In this document: positions 1 through 13,533 of the stretch, piece after piece
Position numbering within the stretch: position 1 is the first letter of the stretch
How the letters are laid out: each line of letters opens with the position of its first letter
Assembly: GCF_037042905.1 (NCBI RefSeq)
Contig: NC_087251.1
Span: 9,178,001 to 9,242,000, forward strand
Source of the DNA: Lytechinus pictus
Lineage: Eukaryota
Direction of reading: 5' to 3'
Length of the DNA stretch: 64,000 nucleotides
Program-made: the position numbers and the translations under genes
Notes under the pieces: model-generated
Told to the model about the DNA's origin: nothing
Databases searched by the model: none
What the model saw: the letters and a program-made list of their open reading frames with translations, nothing else

Positions 1-47
1 TATGTATAACCTATTTACTACTTTGATAATGTTTAATCGGTACTCAC

Positions 48-126
48 CAGTTCTTTCGATGTATTTTCTCAAGAATTCCCACGGATTTGTCCCAAATCTT
101 GCGACAAACCACGTCGCGGTAGACAT
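48..126 (-). CDS. Possible first coding exon of an unidentified divergent gene continuing beyond the left edge (MSTATWFVARFGTNPWEFLRKYIERT-)
   Basis: ATG at 126-124 opens 26 codons +1 nt, followed by a consensus donor G|GTGAGT (47-42). CpG-containing context. No homology recognised. Confidence 0.4.
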
Positions 127-409
127 CTGTACATTCTTTTTTATTTATGAATAGAGCGCCCCTTACGATAGTTGTTAACAACGCGGCCAAATCGTTAGGT
201 TTTTTGCACTGTGTCCATGGTGTTTTTATTTTGTTTTATTTTTTAATAAATATTTTGTTGAATAGCGATTTTTACGTCAAATATTAAATTTATATCACAA
301 AATATTTTTATTTGTAGAGATATATATAATATCATGCAATTATTTATTCTATATATATTTTATAATAAAATTTATAATTGTTGCGGTCTTTAAAAAAGGA
401 TAGTCGATA

Positions 410-530
410 GATCAGGTGATGACTACACGTATCACGTGATCTGAAAATCAGCTTCATACCGCTTTGATCGCACTCGACGGCGACTGGTCTGACTGCCAAG
501 AAAAGATCGAAAAAGGACTCAAATGTAAGT
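410..530 (+). promoter_or_regulatory. Candidate bidirectional promoter / non-coding first exon
   Basis: Palindromic E-box ATCACGTGAT at 431-440, a CpG-rich patch and donor AAT|GTAAGT at 525-530. A second strong donor GAG|GTAAGT lies at 1415. Confidence 0.3.
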
Positions 531-761
531 TTCCCTTTATTTTATTATATTCTAAGTAGAAATAAGATGATATTTAATGGGCAATCTTTTAATAAATGAT
601 AAACAAACGAGAAAAAAAAATCGTATTTAGGGAGTAATATCATACTTTGGTGCAGGAAACAGTAACGGTTCTACTTCTAACCTGTTTTTAACGCATTGTC
701 GCCTATGAGGTCCATACATGCTAATGTTTGGACCTCATTGGTACTAGGAGTGGTCAGAATA

Positions 762-1219
762 CAGTAGAGGCGCACGGCCAATATTGGAGACTGTCTCCAA
801 TGTGGGAGATTATCTCCAATATCAGAGACTTTTGTAAAGAATTTGGGTATCCAATTTCAGAGACAGTCTCCAGTTTTGGAGTCCAATTTCCTTTGTTTAC
901 ATTTGCTGCAAAAGGATTACCTTGGCGGCAAATAAAAATGTGATAAGCAGATTCCTGATGAAAAATTACCCCTTTTCACCGTCTACTTTAAATATTTACC
1001 GTCTACTTTTGTTTTGGTAAGGATTTTTGTTGTCAATCACACATGCACACAAAACAAATGGGCTTCTGACCTCGGTGAGACAAAATTTTGGGTGGAAAAA
1101 ATCATGCTTTTGTTGGTGTTGTTTCTTTTGTCCTTTTGCAAAGCAAGTCTCCAATGTGGGAGATTGTCTCCCCTATTGTATTGGAGAGAGTCTCCCATAT
1201 TGGCCGTGCGCCTCTACTG
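762..1219. mobile_element. Non-autonomous DNA transposon (MITE), CAG termini, 5-bp TSD (hAT5-like)
   Basis: TIR CAGTAGAGGCGCACGGCCAATAT at both ends. TSD GAATA at 757-761 and 1220-1224. Subterminal GGAGA/TCTCC motifs. Confidence 0.8.
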
Positions 1220-2243
1220 GAATATGGCATATTTCGATCTAGACCAAAAGCTTCGGTCTCTGTTATGTTGGTTGTTCAGCTGAACTCCGTTGGCTTCACT
1301 CACCAAATACAGAGACCGAAGTTCTAGCGCGATCTGTACAGGGGACTCAATGGCCATATGTTTATGTACTTAAGATCGGATAAAACGGGGAAGTGAATTT
1401 GCACGACAGCCGAGGTAAGTCACTGTTTTTGTTCCTTTTAACTTGATTTTTCTCCGTTTTTTGGCAATTAATGCCAAGAGGGAATATTAATTTGCATTTT
1501 GGTCGCGTTAATTTTCAAAATTTTTATTCATTAAAGACAAAAATTGAAGAGCCCCGACGGGGGGATTTTGCATTGCAAGTCCCCTAATGGTGGCTGCACG
1601 CTAGCGAGCCGTCTGTGTACGAGGAGAAATTTAAAAAAAAAAAAAAAGTTAAAAAACTCCTCGAAACAGACGGCTGCCAGCTGTCTAATTTCGATCGCAA
1701 TATTTTTCACACTTTTTAAAAACTATACTGCATCCTCAATTGTATGTTGTGCAATTAAAAAAGGAAAATATTGCATCACATCTGTAAGATGATTCATACA
1801 TGTGGCTAACGTTAGATCACAGAGTTAGATCTATCTAGACTCTATCTGTAAAAAAAATCTCGGGGGAAAAAATCACAAACACGAAAATACATTCGTGGGA
1901 CACCCAAATAAGACAAACGCAAACGACCATGGTACGCAAACGTTGGTCATTCAGCCAGAAAATTATCATCAGAAAATAGTAACATCCACATACCGTTGTC
2001 ATTTTTCCCATCAGGCTCGGTTTGAGGAACGAATACAAAGTCGTTTGGTGGTACTGAGCCTGAATTCGACATGTTTCGGGATTGTGGTCTAAACTTCAAA
2101 AGAAAATCTTCGGAGTCTCAGAGTTAAAATCCTCCACGTTTACATAACTAAAGAGGGCGGAAATCTAGTATTCTGTGAATTGAGACCACTGATCAGTTTT
2201 TGAGACAGTGCTTCTTTTGAGCTCCCCAAATCATAGACGTTAA

Positions 2244-2852
2244 AGGTCAAGTCCACCTTAAAAAAATGTTGATTTAAATCAATAAAAGAAAAATCAGACA
2301 AGCATAATGCTGAAAATTTCATCTAAATAGGATCTAAAATAAGAAAGTTATGACATTCTAAATTTTCGCTTAATTTTCACAAAATAGTTATAGCACAATA
2401 TACATGCAAAAGAGAGAATCGATGATGATGATGTCCCTCACTCATTAATTTCTTTTGTTTATTAATGTTTGAATTGTACAATACTTCAATTCTTACAATA
2501 TAGACATTAAGGACCAACTTGTCTGAACTATAAAATGTTACACAATGGGATTCTACTGTGTTCAGGGATAAATAAAACTTTGTTTCACAGGACACTTTGA
2601 ATGAAGAGAAAATTAGAATTTCATATAGGCCCTAATAAAATATAAAGAAATATTGAGTGAGTGATGTCATCAGTTCTCTCAATTGCATACCAACCGGGAT
2701 GTGCATATAACTGTTTTGTGAAATTAAGCGAAACTTAAAAGTGTCATAACTTTCTTATTTAACATCCCGTTTTTTTGATGATTTTTTTAGTGTTATGCTT
2801 GTTGGATTTTTCTCTAATTCAAATCAACTTTTTGGTAGGGTGAACTTGTCGT
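2244..2852. mobile_element. Kolobok-like MITE
   Basis: TTAA flanks; ends AGGTCAAGTCCACC...GGTGAACTTGTCGT. Related copies at ~25895-26225, ~30535-31072 and 53675-55562. Confidence 0.65.
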
Positions 2853-3096
2853 TTAAGAGCCAAAGGGGAAGAGCCAAAGGGGAATAAAATTATTTTGAGG
2901 GCACCCTACATCAAAACCAAGGGCTATGTCTCCTTGGCAACCGGGGACAAAGGGGGAGCTAGCGGGTCCTTAACCCCCGAGTTTCCACTTAATAGGGAAA
3001 GAAAACTCAGAAAAGGAAAGTGAAAAGGATAAAATATGGTAGGCAGGTAGGGCCTATCATTTTCTCTGAATAAAAAAACTTTAAAAAATACAAATA

Positions 3097-3950
3097 TTTG
3101 ATTTGATTTGATTTATTTATTTCCACATTCCAATAACACAATTATATACAAGTGTAATCATTTTTTCTTAGCATAACATAATAAGCAAATTACATAATGA
3201 ATAACATATGCATACATATATTCTAACAATCTGAATGAAATATATTTATACCTGATGATTTTTTTTTTTAATTATTAAAACAAATAGCAGAAAAAAAATA
3301 TATATACATATATCGACATAATACATTTTGAAATGTGGGAGACCTCCATCTTAAGCTTAGAGCTTGAAATTGATAAAGGCCTCGAAAGGAAAGGGGAAGG
3401 AAAACCAGACAAACAGTGCAATAAAAGAGACTTATCTTTTATTGCACAAAATATTAGGAATATTACCAAAAAAGTAGATAGATAAAGAAAAATTCAAATG
3501 AGAAAGTTATAATCATGTTGATAAAAGTGAAAGTGCAAGTGTGCAGCCTTTGAATGAATAAAGTGTAAAGCGTAACTTAATGTCAGGTGATAAATTATTC
3601 CATAAATCTGCACTGTATATATTGTGTCTAATTGATTTGTGTGCTATTATTAGTTTTGGATTTGTCAAATGAAATTTTGCAGAATTTCGTGTGGGATAAG
3701 AGTGGATGGTGTTGTTGATTGTGAACATATTTTGAAAGGAAGGGGGAAGTATCCCCTTTTTGTATTTGAACATAAAGATGGCAGCTTGAAATGTATTTAT
3801 ATCTGAACTTTTTAATGTTCTTAATTTAAACAATAAAGGACTGGATTTAGCAAGATATTGCGATCCTGTAAAAATACGAACTGCTCATTTTGTAACAAGA
3901 AAATTGGATTAAGTTTTGTATATAACCGCAAGTATCCCAAAATATCAACC
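3097..3950 (-). mobile_element. 5'-truncated CR1/L2-type LINE 3' end
   Basis: ORF 3513-3833 resembles a LINE ORF2 C-terminus (HSYPTRNS..., LWNNL). AATAAA and a (TCAAA)n tail at ~3097-3120 on the minus strand. Confidence 0.75.
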
Positions 3951-5674
3951 AACCAACCAGATAAACAGATTTTTGTAAATATTAATAAGGGGATTACCGA
4001 AAGACTGACGCTTTATCGAGTGCAATAGATATGACTTTATAGGCAAGGCTTAGGCCTAATGAGCTTTCCTAAAAGAACTTGCACATATTGATGCAAATAG
4101 AGGGGCAAATAGCAAGGAGAAGATTCGTGAAGAAGTTTATAAAAGATATGTTGGTTAATCTTTGAGAATTTTTATATATTCACAGATGATGCAACATTCA
4201 AATTCTGAACAAAAGATCATTCACATTCTCTACATTACTATGTTAATGTCTTAAAAAAAAACCTATTATACCATACAATATTGCATTCCTGGCTGTGTTT
4301 AACTGCATAATGGGTGCATATTAAAATAACACTTTCAATATGACTTTATATCATGACCATAACAAAAGAAAGTACAATCATAAGGTCAACTTTCATTTCT
4401 AAATATTACTTTCCCAGTTTCATAACTTGCAATGAGAGAAATTAAATTTTATTCTGCACAGCAAAAGAATACATAGGCCTACATTTTGATAGCAAAAAGT
4501 AAAATTATTACATTTAGTAGGCATAAATGCACACGGTGTGACGTTTTTAATTCATAAGTAAGTCTAATTGTTATAAGGCCTTAAATTGGGTGTAAAATAA
4601 AGAAGAGCTTGATTCCAAAAGGGCTAAATCCACTTTTGACCAAAATAGGCCTATGTATCTTCGACGTATAAGTTAGGAAGGTTGGTAAAAAATAATTGCA
4701 AATTCGAGTTTTATTCCTAAAGGAGCTAAATCAAAAACAGTTTTATTCCAAAAGGGGATCCACTTTAGGGTATATAATTTGAAATTGATTAATTTTACTA
4801 CTTTACATAAAGTAATGCATTCAAATTTTTAGAAACATGTTGTAAATAAAGGTTTACACCCTCAGTGCAAATTATGATGAAAATAACAGAATTTTACTAT
4901 TTTATTTATCGATTTAGCTCCATTTGGAATAGTACGTCAAAAACTTCCCGTCCTTAAGAAAAGATGAAAAATATCGTTTTTTTTCCAATGGGGCAATTCC
5001 AAAAATTGACCCCATTCTCATAACAATTGAACTATGACTGTGTGCACCTTTTTTTTATGTTTGTGATCTTGAACAAAATGCGTATTAACAAATGATTAAT
5101 TTTTATCATACGTTCTGGCCATATCGAAAATGGACCTGAAAACTGAACATTCTAAGCACTTTGTAACCATAGTATGCAAACTTATATAATAAGCTAGGTC
5201 GAAGGTCAATTTTAGTAGTCTAAAAATTATCACTAATCATCAGAACAAAAGAAAGAGAGAGAGAGAAAGAGATGGAGAGAGATCAGTGCATTCCTGGCTG
5301 TGTTTAACTGCATAATGGATCAGTGGAATATTCTTATTCGAATCTCTTTGTTTTTTCACATAATTCAGGATGACTTTATAATCTGCATTTCTTCCCAATA
5401 ATGTTGCTAGATCTGATATTGGCTTGTTAATTTCAAGCTTCTTTGCATAATTCTTCTTTCTCTTTCATATTTCTTACATTGTAGTAAAAAATGTTCTATT
5501 GTCTCAGGAACCTGACAAGTGAATACTGAATGAATTGTAATAATATTTACATCAAATTAATGAAAGTGAATGAAATTTTCATATTCCTACCAATCTGGTG
5601 TAAGATTATTAATAATTATAAAGAAATACCCTGATTTTTGCAATATTATGCTCGTGAAAACGACTGTTCCCTGC

Positions 5675-5958
5675 CATAGGCGGCGGAAGCGGGGGGGGGG
5701 GCACGTGTCCCCCCTAAATTTTAGGTGGGGGGACGGTCCCCCCCCTAAATTTTTTGTTGATAACTTTTTTTTTTTTTTTTTTTTTTTTGCTTGTCAATTT
5801 TTTTTCCGGCGTCCCCCCTAACATTTTTTGTTGATAACCTTTTTTTTTTTTTGCTTTTTTTGCTTTTTTCCGGCGTCCCCCCTAAAATATTTGGTTGATA
5901 ACCTTTTTTTTTTTTTTTTGTGGTCCCCCCCTAAAATTTTTGGCTTCCGCCGCCAATG
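5675..5958. mobile_element. MITE with 8-bp TSD (hAT/P-like)
   Basis: TIR CATWGGCGGCGGAAGC. TSD TTCCCTGC at 5667-5674 and 5959-5966. Internal CCCCCCTAAA repeats. Confidence 0.8.
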
Positions 5959-6229
5959 TTCCCTGCATGAAGATGTGTGTGTGTGGACTTTCGGACACTC
6001 AAATGCGCGCGTCTAACCATAATTATGGTTAATAAATGGTTTGGAAATAATTTGGCCAGGCGCGCGTGTGTACAGCAAATACTGTACATTGACTGGCCCC
6101 CGGGGGATGAGAAATTGGGGTTTTTCCTACACTATTCATGCGACAGCTTTTTTATATATATATATATTCTGATCTGAAACTGGATAATTTAAGCTGTAAA
6201 TAAAGAACAAGCTGCGTTTCTCAAAAGCC

Positions 6230-8359
6230 TCGGGGGGGGGGAGCACTTTCATTGACGAGTAGAACTACCCTTGGAATATTCATTGATTTTAAAAAAGCTT
6301 TTGACACAATCGATTACAATATTTTGATATTATAAAGTCAAAAAGGGGCCTAAGCTTTCGATCCTAGCAGAATCTTCGTCGGAGGCAAAATGACAAATTT
6401 CAGTATTAGGGCCTACATTATTTTTATTATGCATAAATGATCTTCCATCCGTTTCAATTTTTTTTTAAAGATTATTTGCTATATTTTGATATAGAAGCTT
6501 TTCCACTATGGTGTGAGAGGGCTTCCTTTAAACTGGTTTAAAGACTATCTTGCTTGCAGATATCAGTTTGTTCAACATGGGGAAATATATTCAAAGAAAA
6601 TGAAAATAAGATGCGGTGTACGTCCCTCAAGGCTCAGTATTAGGGCCTACATTATTTTTATTATGCATAAATGATCTTCCATCCGTTTCAATTTTTTTTT
6701 AAAGATTATTTGCTGACGACTCTAATCTTTTTCACACCTTTCCACTGGAAAGGATGAGATCGATACCAATGAGATAAATACTAATATAAATAAAGTGCAA
6801 AAGTGGTGTGTTGCAATATACTATCAACTCTCTGAAAACAAAATTTATGTTAATTAGCAGTAAAGAAGGAATATTAAGTTGCGTGGTAATATTACACTAG
6901 ATGGAGAGGAATTGGAAGAAGTTGATGAAGCAACTTTTGTAGCTGTAACAATTGATAAGCATCTGTCATGGAAAGGTCATATACGGACTATTAACTCAAA
7001 TATACGTAAGAAAATATGAATTTTGTTTCGGTTACGACATTTTGTACCCACATTTACTTTGATATTGTTATACAAAGCTTCTATAGAGCCACATCTCACT
7101 TATGACATTGAGGTGTGGGGGATACAAGAGCAGCCTGAATTGTATATATCTTTCCCCAAAAATGGCAGTGCGAGCAATTACCTTTAGTCACTGGTAAGCT
7201 CATTCTCGCCCTTTATTTAATGATTTAAAGATTCTTAATGTTTATGATTTGCATAATCTATCAGTATGTATACCTTCATGTATGATCTGCGTAATAATAA
7301 CCTACCTCACTCCTTTACAGCAGATTATTGTAACCTAATTGAGCACAATTATCCTACTAGACAGAAGAAATGCCAACAAGTAAATCTTCCAAAACTAAAA
7401 ACAACTCAAGGCCAATTTTCACTTTCTTTTCTAGGTAGCAATTTCTGGAATAAAGTACCAGTTGAAATCAAATTGAAGAAATCAAGAAAAGGTTTTAGGA
7501 ATTCTCTAAAAAGTTATTTGTCTTCTTAAATTCACACCATCAACGTGTAAGTCTACAGTAGATAATTAATACAATTAATATACTTTAAAAATGTTGATGA
7601 TAACCCTTTACAACGAATATATTGTAATCTCAATTTTAGTTTTGTTTTGTTTTTCCTTCTTAAATGTGCATTTTGTAATAGTTGTGGGGCCAGGCTCGAT
7701 TAGCACTTGTTTTTTGGTCTTATTTACCATCGTATTTTTATACATGTGTAACTGTAATTTGTTTTATAACCTGTAAACATGTGAATATTGTTGGTAAACG
7801 AATAAATCAAATCAAATACCATGCATGCGGGACCATGGGGTCTCGAAGAGCACCCTAAACACGTACTTTCCATATTCTGAAAATGCACCCCTTAACAAGT
7901 ATTGGCGTGTGCAACGAAACGATACTCTTGGCAAGTATTCCCTGAATTGAACCCCTAAACAAGTATATACAGCGATATTTTTATTGTTATGTCACGACAG
8001 ACGTCGGTCGTCGGTTTTACCTTTACCTACATTGGATTAAATACGACCCCACCTCCCACACCTCGCGCAAATCGTACTCTAAACACGTAGCGTTGACTCT
8101 TGGGGCAAAAAGTGCATCGAACATTTTAGTCTTAGATTTTTAGACCCTCGCAAATTTGACCCTAAACACGTAGCTTTCCTAGCGAAAATAGATACCCTTT
8201 TTTCAATATTTTAGTGTTTTTGACACCCTTATTACGTTACGTATGTAACGTGCCATATCTTGAAAGGCATCCTTTTTACGTGTTTTTTTTTTTTTTTTTT
8301 TGGGGGGGGGGGGGTCGTGCATGGTATCCACTCGTCAATGTAAGTGCCCCCCCCCCGGG
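6230..8359. mobile_element. MITE with G-tract TIRs, interrupted by a LINE
   Basis: Left end CGGGGGGGGG..GCACTTTCATTGACGAGT matches right end ACTCGTCAATGTAAGTGCCCCCCCCCCGGG. The body (7819-8359) has repeated CCCTAAACACGTA motifs. Confidence 0.6.
6270..7818 (+). mobile_element. Degenerate CR1/L2 LINE reverse-transcriptase fragment with 3' tail
   Basis: RT motifs DFKKAFDTID (~6285), VPQGSVLGPTLFLLCINDL (~6622) and LFADDS (~6706). ORF2 C-terminus 7266-7529. Ends AATAAATCAAATCAAA. Frameshifted. Confidence 0.85.
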
Positions 8360-8826
8360 TCTCTCCCATATGGATGTAGACATGACGAGATCCGAGATCT
8401 CGTCATGTTATCCTTTTACCTACAGATGTCCCGGGTAACGTTAAGGCGACCGCACACCTTACGCAGGAGCCGCGGAACGGTTTTTAAAGTGGGGGGGGGG
8501 GGGGCTGACCATGCAAAAAATTACAATCCTATGGTAATTTTTACGTTTTTATACACAGTTTTGGAAAAAAGTGGGTGGGGGGCTGGGGGCTGAAGCCCCC
8601 CCCCCCCCCCCCCCCCGCTTCTGCGGCCCCTAGCTCATTACGATTATTCTGCGAACCGATTTTGGAATAACGTAGTAGAATTTGATGCTAATATTGAGAC
8701 TTGGAATATCTTACTGTGTAATGTTTGAAATCAACGTACGAATACCTATGTTCAAATATGTGACTATCCTATCATCCTTATCAGAATAAAAGCAAATTTA
8801 ATATCTAGTCGTAATGACGTCATAGC

Positions 8827-11800
8827 ATGAATGAATGAATGAATGAATGAACTTTATTGATCCTCCTTGAAAAAGTAACATATAACAAGATACATGTACA
8901 ATTATATGCTAATGCATATGTTGAAAACGTTTAAAAGCAACGAATATCGATAATCAAAGGAAAGTAATATAAAGACAAGGAAGACGAGGAGACCTTTGGA
9001 AGCCAGGCTTGTTATACGGTCCCTCAGTATTGAAACAATACGTTATTTGTTTGTTTAAAGCAAAACTTGATTCTAGCTAAACTGGTTGATAATACTAAAA
9101 AAGAAAGAAATCGGTTGTACTAAGGTTATACAAGGATACATATGTGGTTAAAAACTATTTACAGAAGAATAATGGATATGTTGAAGGAAAAAAAAGTAGG
9201 TATAAATAAAATAGATAGATAGACAAATAGATAGATAGAATAACGGGGGGAGCACGAAGTTACAAGATAGAAAATGGCAAGAGATAAGAGATTTGTAACA
9301 AAAACTATAATTGAAATAACTACTTGTACCTAATGACAGGAGTACATGTACATGTACCAGTTGGTCATCGAGACATTTTACATATTAATTTATATTGCTA
9401 ATCACATAGTTCTGCATGTATTTAAAATAAAAACAATTATACATCATAAATGTACTTATTCAAAAATGAATGTTTCAATTTCCTTTTAAAAACAAAAATA
9501 CTAACAGACCCGGTAATGTTGGAGTTCAAAGAATTCCATAACTTTGGCTTTGTACAGATCAGTGTTTTCTGAGCAAATATTGTCCTTGCATGAGGAATAC
9601 GCAGTGCAGTAGCATTTCTTGTTGGGTAATTATGAAATTGGTTGTTCCTATGAAATAAATATGCATGCTAACGTCAATGGCAAATTACCTCTATGAAAAT
9701 TATACATGAGCGACCCCAATTGCAGAAGATAAACATCTTCCAACTTCAAAACATGATGTTCATAAAACAAAGGAGAAGTGTGAGCTAGAAAGTCAGCATT
9801 ACTAACCGCTCGTATAGCTCTCTTTTGGACCAGAAATAATTTATTCAGCTGTGTCTTAAGAGAGTTACCCCATGCAAGGATCCCATAATTTATGTAAGGA
9901 AGAATCAAAGTTGAATATAGAATTTTCAGAATATGTGTTGGGAGATACAATTTAAGCCTGTTTAGAACACCTACATTCTTTGACAACAGCTTACATAATA
10001 TGTTGATATGAGTTTTCCAATTTAGATTCTCATCAATATGAAGACCCAGAAATTTAGTTGTAACCACTCTGTCAATTAAAACACCATCGAAAGAGATATC
10101 ACCAGGCAGAGTTTTGATTGTTTTGCTAAATAACATGTATAGTCTTCTTGAGATTGAGGGACAATTTGTTTGCATGAATCCAGGTTGTTATTTTTTGCAA
10201 CTCAATATTGACGGTATTCAGGAGATATTGAGGATCTTTATGGGAAAAAATATATTGGAATCATCTGCAAAAAGTAAAAAAGATAACAGTTTAGATGAAT
10301 ACTGGAAGTCATTAATGTACAATATAAACAAGAGGGGTCCTAAAAGTGATCCCTGTGGGACACCACATGTTACACTAGTAATTCCGAATCCACACCATTT
10401 AAAGAAACAAAAGTGTTTCCTCTCTGCCAAATAACTTCTGAACCAGTGAAGGGCTGTGCCTCTCATTCCATAATATTCCAGTTTACTCAACAGAATATTA
10501 TGATCTACAGTATCAAATGTCTTAGAGTAGTCCAGAAGAATTCCAATCGTGTGGGTGTGGTTATAAAGGGCATTTGCAATTTTATTAAAGTTGAATTAAG
10601 AAGGGGGTGAGTTTCCATAACAATGAATATAGGTTCTACATACAATATATAGTATATATAAGATGTTCAAACACATAGCATGTCACAATAATCCTCTGCC
10701 TTCTCGATATTTTGCTTTGAAAGTCTATGAAATTAGCCACCTGTCAGAGCCCGAGAGACGAGTGTACAGAAAAGTCACTCGGAGTGTGACGTCACCGGGG
10801 GGAATTTAGTATAAGAGGTGCCTGAATGTCATACAGAAATGCTATGCAGAGAGAGAAAGATATTTTACAATTTTTTTTCAAAGCAACTCAAATCAAACAA
10901 ATGGGACTGATATGTATACAAATCTTTACTTTCCCTGTATAAAAAACAGTATGAATAACCACCATGAACTCTTCAATCATGATGTAAGATAGCAAACAGT
11001 GAGTTATTGAATGATATTTTCACTATTTCTCATTTATTTTATCACGATGTTCAATCAAGTGAGTAGCTGGAAAGTAATTCCGGCGGCTAGCTCAGCGCGC
11101 GCTGAACGCATAATACTAGTACACACAACACCCAGGCATTGAGTGTACTGTTATGGTCTGGTAAGTCGACTTAGTTCATGGCCGTGCAGCGATCCCCTGG
11201 CGTTTTTTCTTCTTTTCTTTTGTCTTTGACTCCACTTTTATATCCTCTGGATCATTTCCACTCATAGCTCATTCCACAGAACAATCTTGAACCAAACGTA
11301 TAGTATTCTTTCTCGGCCTTCTGAGTTGTTTTCTATATTTAATTACGCTAGGGGTCACCGTCACACATACAAACGCAATTCGGAAGTGAGTTGAAGACAG
11401 AAAGATATATAGTAATTAGTATACATCTCTATGGTTGAAGACAACAAGAACGGTACGGTAGCTCGACAGCTAGCTGCGCCGGAGCGGGCGGCCGGTCGGC
11501 ACAAAGCAATTCCGCAACCAACTGTGTTTTTTTGCAAGAGCCGCGTCACACGCGGATAAATATGTCATAATAACACGTCTGCTACGTTATCGACTGGTGA
11601 GAAGATCTCGATCAAATTTCATATTATTCACCTTGAAATTATTCCTTTAGGGTCTATGGTATCATTCTGAGGGAATTCACATATTTGGAATAATAGTACG
11701 GCCACAAATATTTTAATCATTTCCTCTTTGCAAGTTCTATGGCTCGCAGATACAACTTCAACTGCAGTTATTCCATATGAAGGAGTACGTGCATAGTACA

Positions 11801-13415
11801 CAAAACGGCACTGCCTTGTTTTCTACACCGGGACCGAATACCCCCCGGTGACGTCACACTCAAAGAACACCCGTCTCGGTAGGCATTGCAGGAGCGAACT
11901 CAGGGGAAATGGGGAGGGATAAATCGTTCAAATTCACTATTTTGAAAAAAGAAAATGGGGGGTCGAATCACCTATTAGTGTTTGGGGGGTTGTAAGGTTG
12001 CTATTAATGTAAATATCTCAATATTTGGAATCGTCTTCTTAATTCAACTTTAACAAAATGCAAAACAGCATGGCTTGTTTTTCTCTGAAACCGAATTGGA
12101 ATTGAGAGAACACATTACTCTCATTCAAAAACTTTACATGTCGTACGTATATACTTACTAGCTTTTCTAAAAGCTTAGAAAAGGTTATTAATAGAGAAAT
12201 TGGACGATAATTTGTTAATAATTTTGCATTCCCTTGCACTAATTTAGCAATTTTCATCCTCAAAGGCACAGCCCCATTTAACAAAGACAGGTTAAAGATG
12301 TGAGCAAGAGGTTTCAATATGCCATCAACACTTAACTAAACCATTTCCAATACTATCACACACTTGGATTTTCCTTTTCTTTAAGGCACCTATTAAATCA
12401 AGAAGTTGCTTCTCTTTTATGGGCGAGAGGAAAATACTTTGCTCGTTTGGTGACTTAAGATAATGACGAAATTGTTGTTGAAAGTCTGGTATTTCCCTTG
12501 ACAAATTAAGGCCAATATTACAAAAATAAGTATTAAATTTCTCCACAATAATCTTTCGATCATTGATCAAGTTGCCATCAACCTCCAACTCATTTATAAA
12601 AAGTCTATTTTTCTTATTAATTGATCTCAGTGAAGAATGCGTAATCCATGGCATTTTAGGCAATTTCTTATGACTAGGACAGTCCACAGATCGAAATGGG
12701 ACATTATCATTAAACAATAGCATGAATTTATCAAAAAAAAGTATTAAATGAACTATCTACATCATGATCTGAGAGGACATCATCCCATGTAGTTGCCATT
12801 AAAGCATTCTTAAACTTGGCAATGTTTTCAGGGCTATTTACCCGAGACCGTTTATTTGTAGTATCAATAAATGGACGCCTGAGCAAAGTCATTCTGCAAT
12901 ATACAGGAAAATGATCTGAAAGATCGGAAATGACTATACCAGATTCTGGTAAAGGATGAACATTGCAGAAAATGTTATCGATAAGGGTAGCAGACGTGTT
13001 TGTTATTCTTGTTGGTTTAGTAATCAGTGGAACAAAAGAAGATGAAATAAACATATTCACAATTTCATTAGCCTTATCATCTGAATCACAATTAAGCAAA
13101 TTAATATCAAAATCACCCATTAAAAACACACGTTTGTTGTTCAGTAAATTGTTAGTAATTATTGTCTGTATCTGTTCGGAAAATGACTTCAGATTACTAT
13201 GAGGAGGCCTAAGGCTATCTCCTATAATAACATTTTTCCTGCCTGGAAGTAATAGCTCAACAAATAAAGTTTCTAAACTTTCATTCATAATAGTGATATC
13301 TGGACAAATGTTAAAATCAAATCTGGATGGGACATAGACAGCCAAACCACCACCTCTTTTCTTATCCCTGTTATTAGTAACTAAACTAAAACCAGGAATA
13401 TTATACAGACTTGTG
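8827..13415 (-). mobile_element. CR1/L2 LINE ORF2 pseudogene (APE endonuclease + RT), interrupted
   Basis: Endonuclease motifs GGGLAVYV, MGDFDINL, TLIDNIF and SDHFPV (12731-13525). RT motifs [26 protein letters not shown] and FADD. (TTCA)n tail at 8827-8850. The reading frame joins across the insertion at 10589-12049. Confidence 0.9.
10589..12049. mobile_element. Kolobok-like non-autonomous element inside the LINE
   Basis: Perfect 15-bp TIR AGTTGAATTAAGAAG. TTAA TSD at 10585-10588 and 12050-12053. Internal inverted GTGTGACGTCACCGGGGGG motifs. Confidence 0.85.
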
Positions 13416-13533
13416 AGTGTGTCGTATGATTGGCTACGATTTGAAACTAATTTGGCCTTTACTCTGGCTTGCAATCTTTCAAAAATGAGATATTCTTTAA
13501 ATTGATTTTGACATGTTCCATTCACATCTTCAA

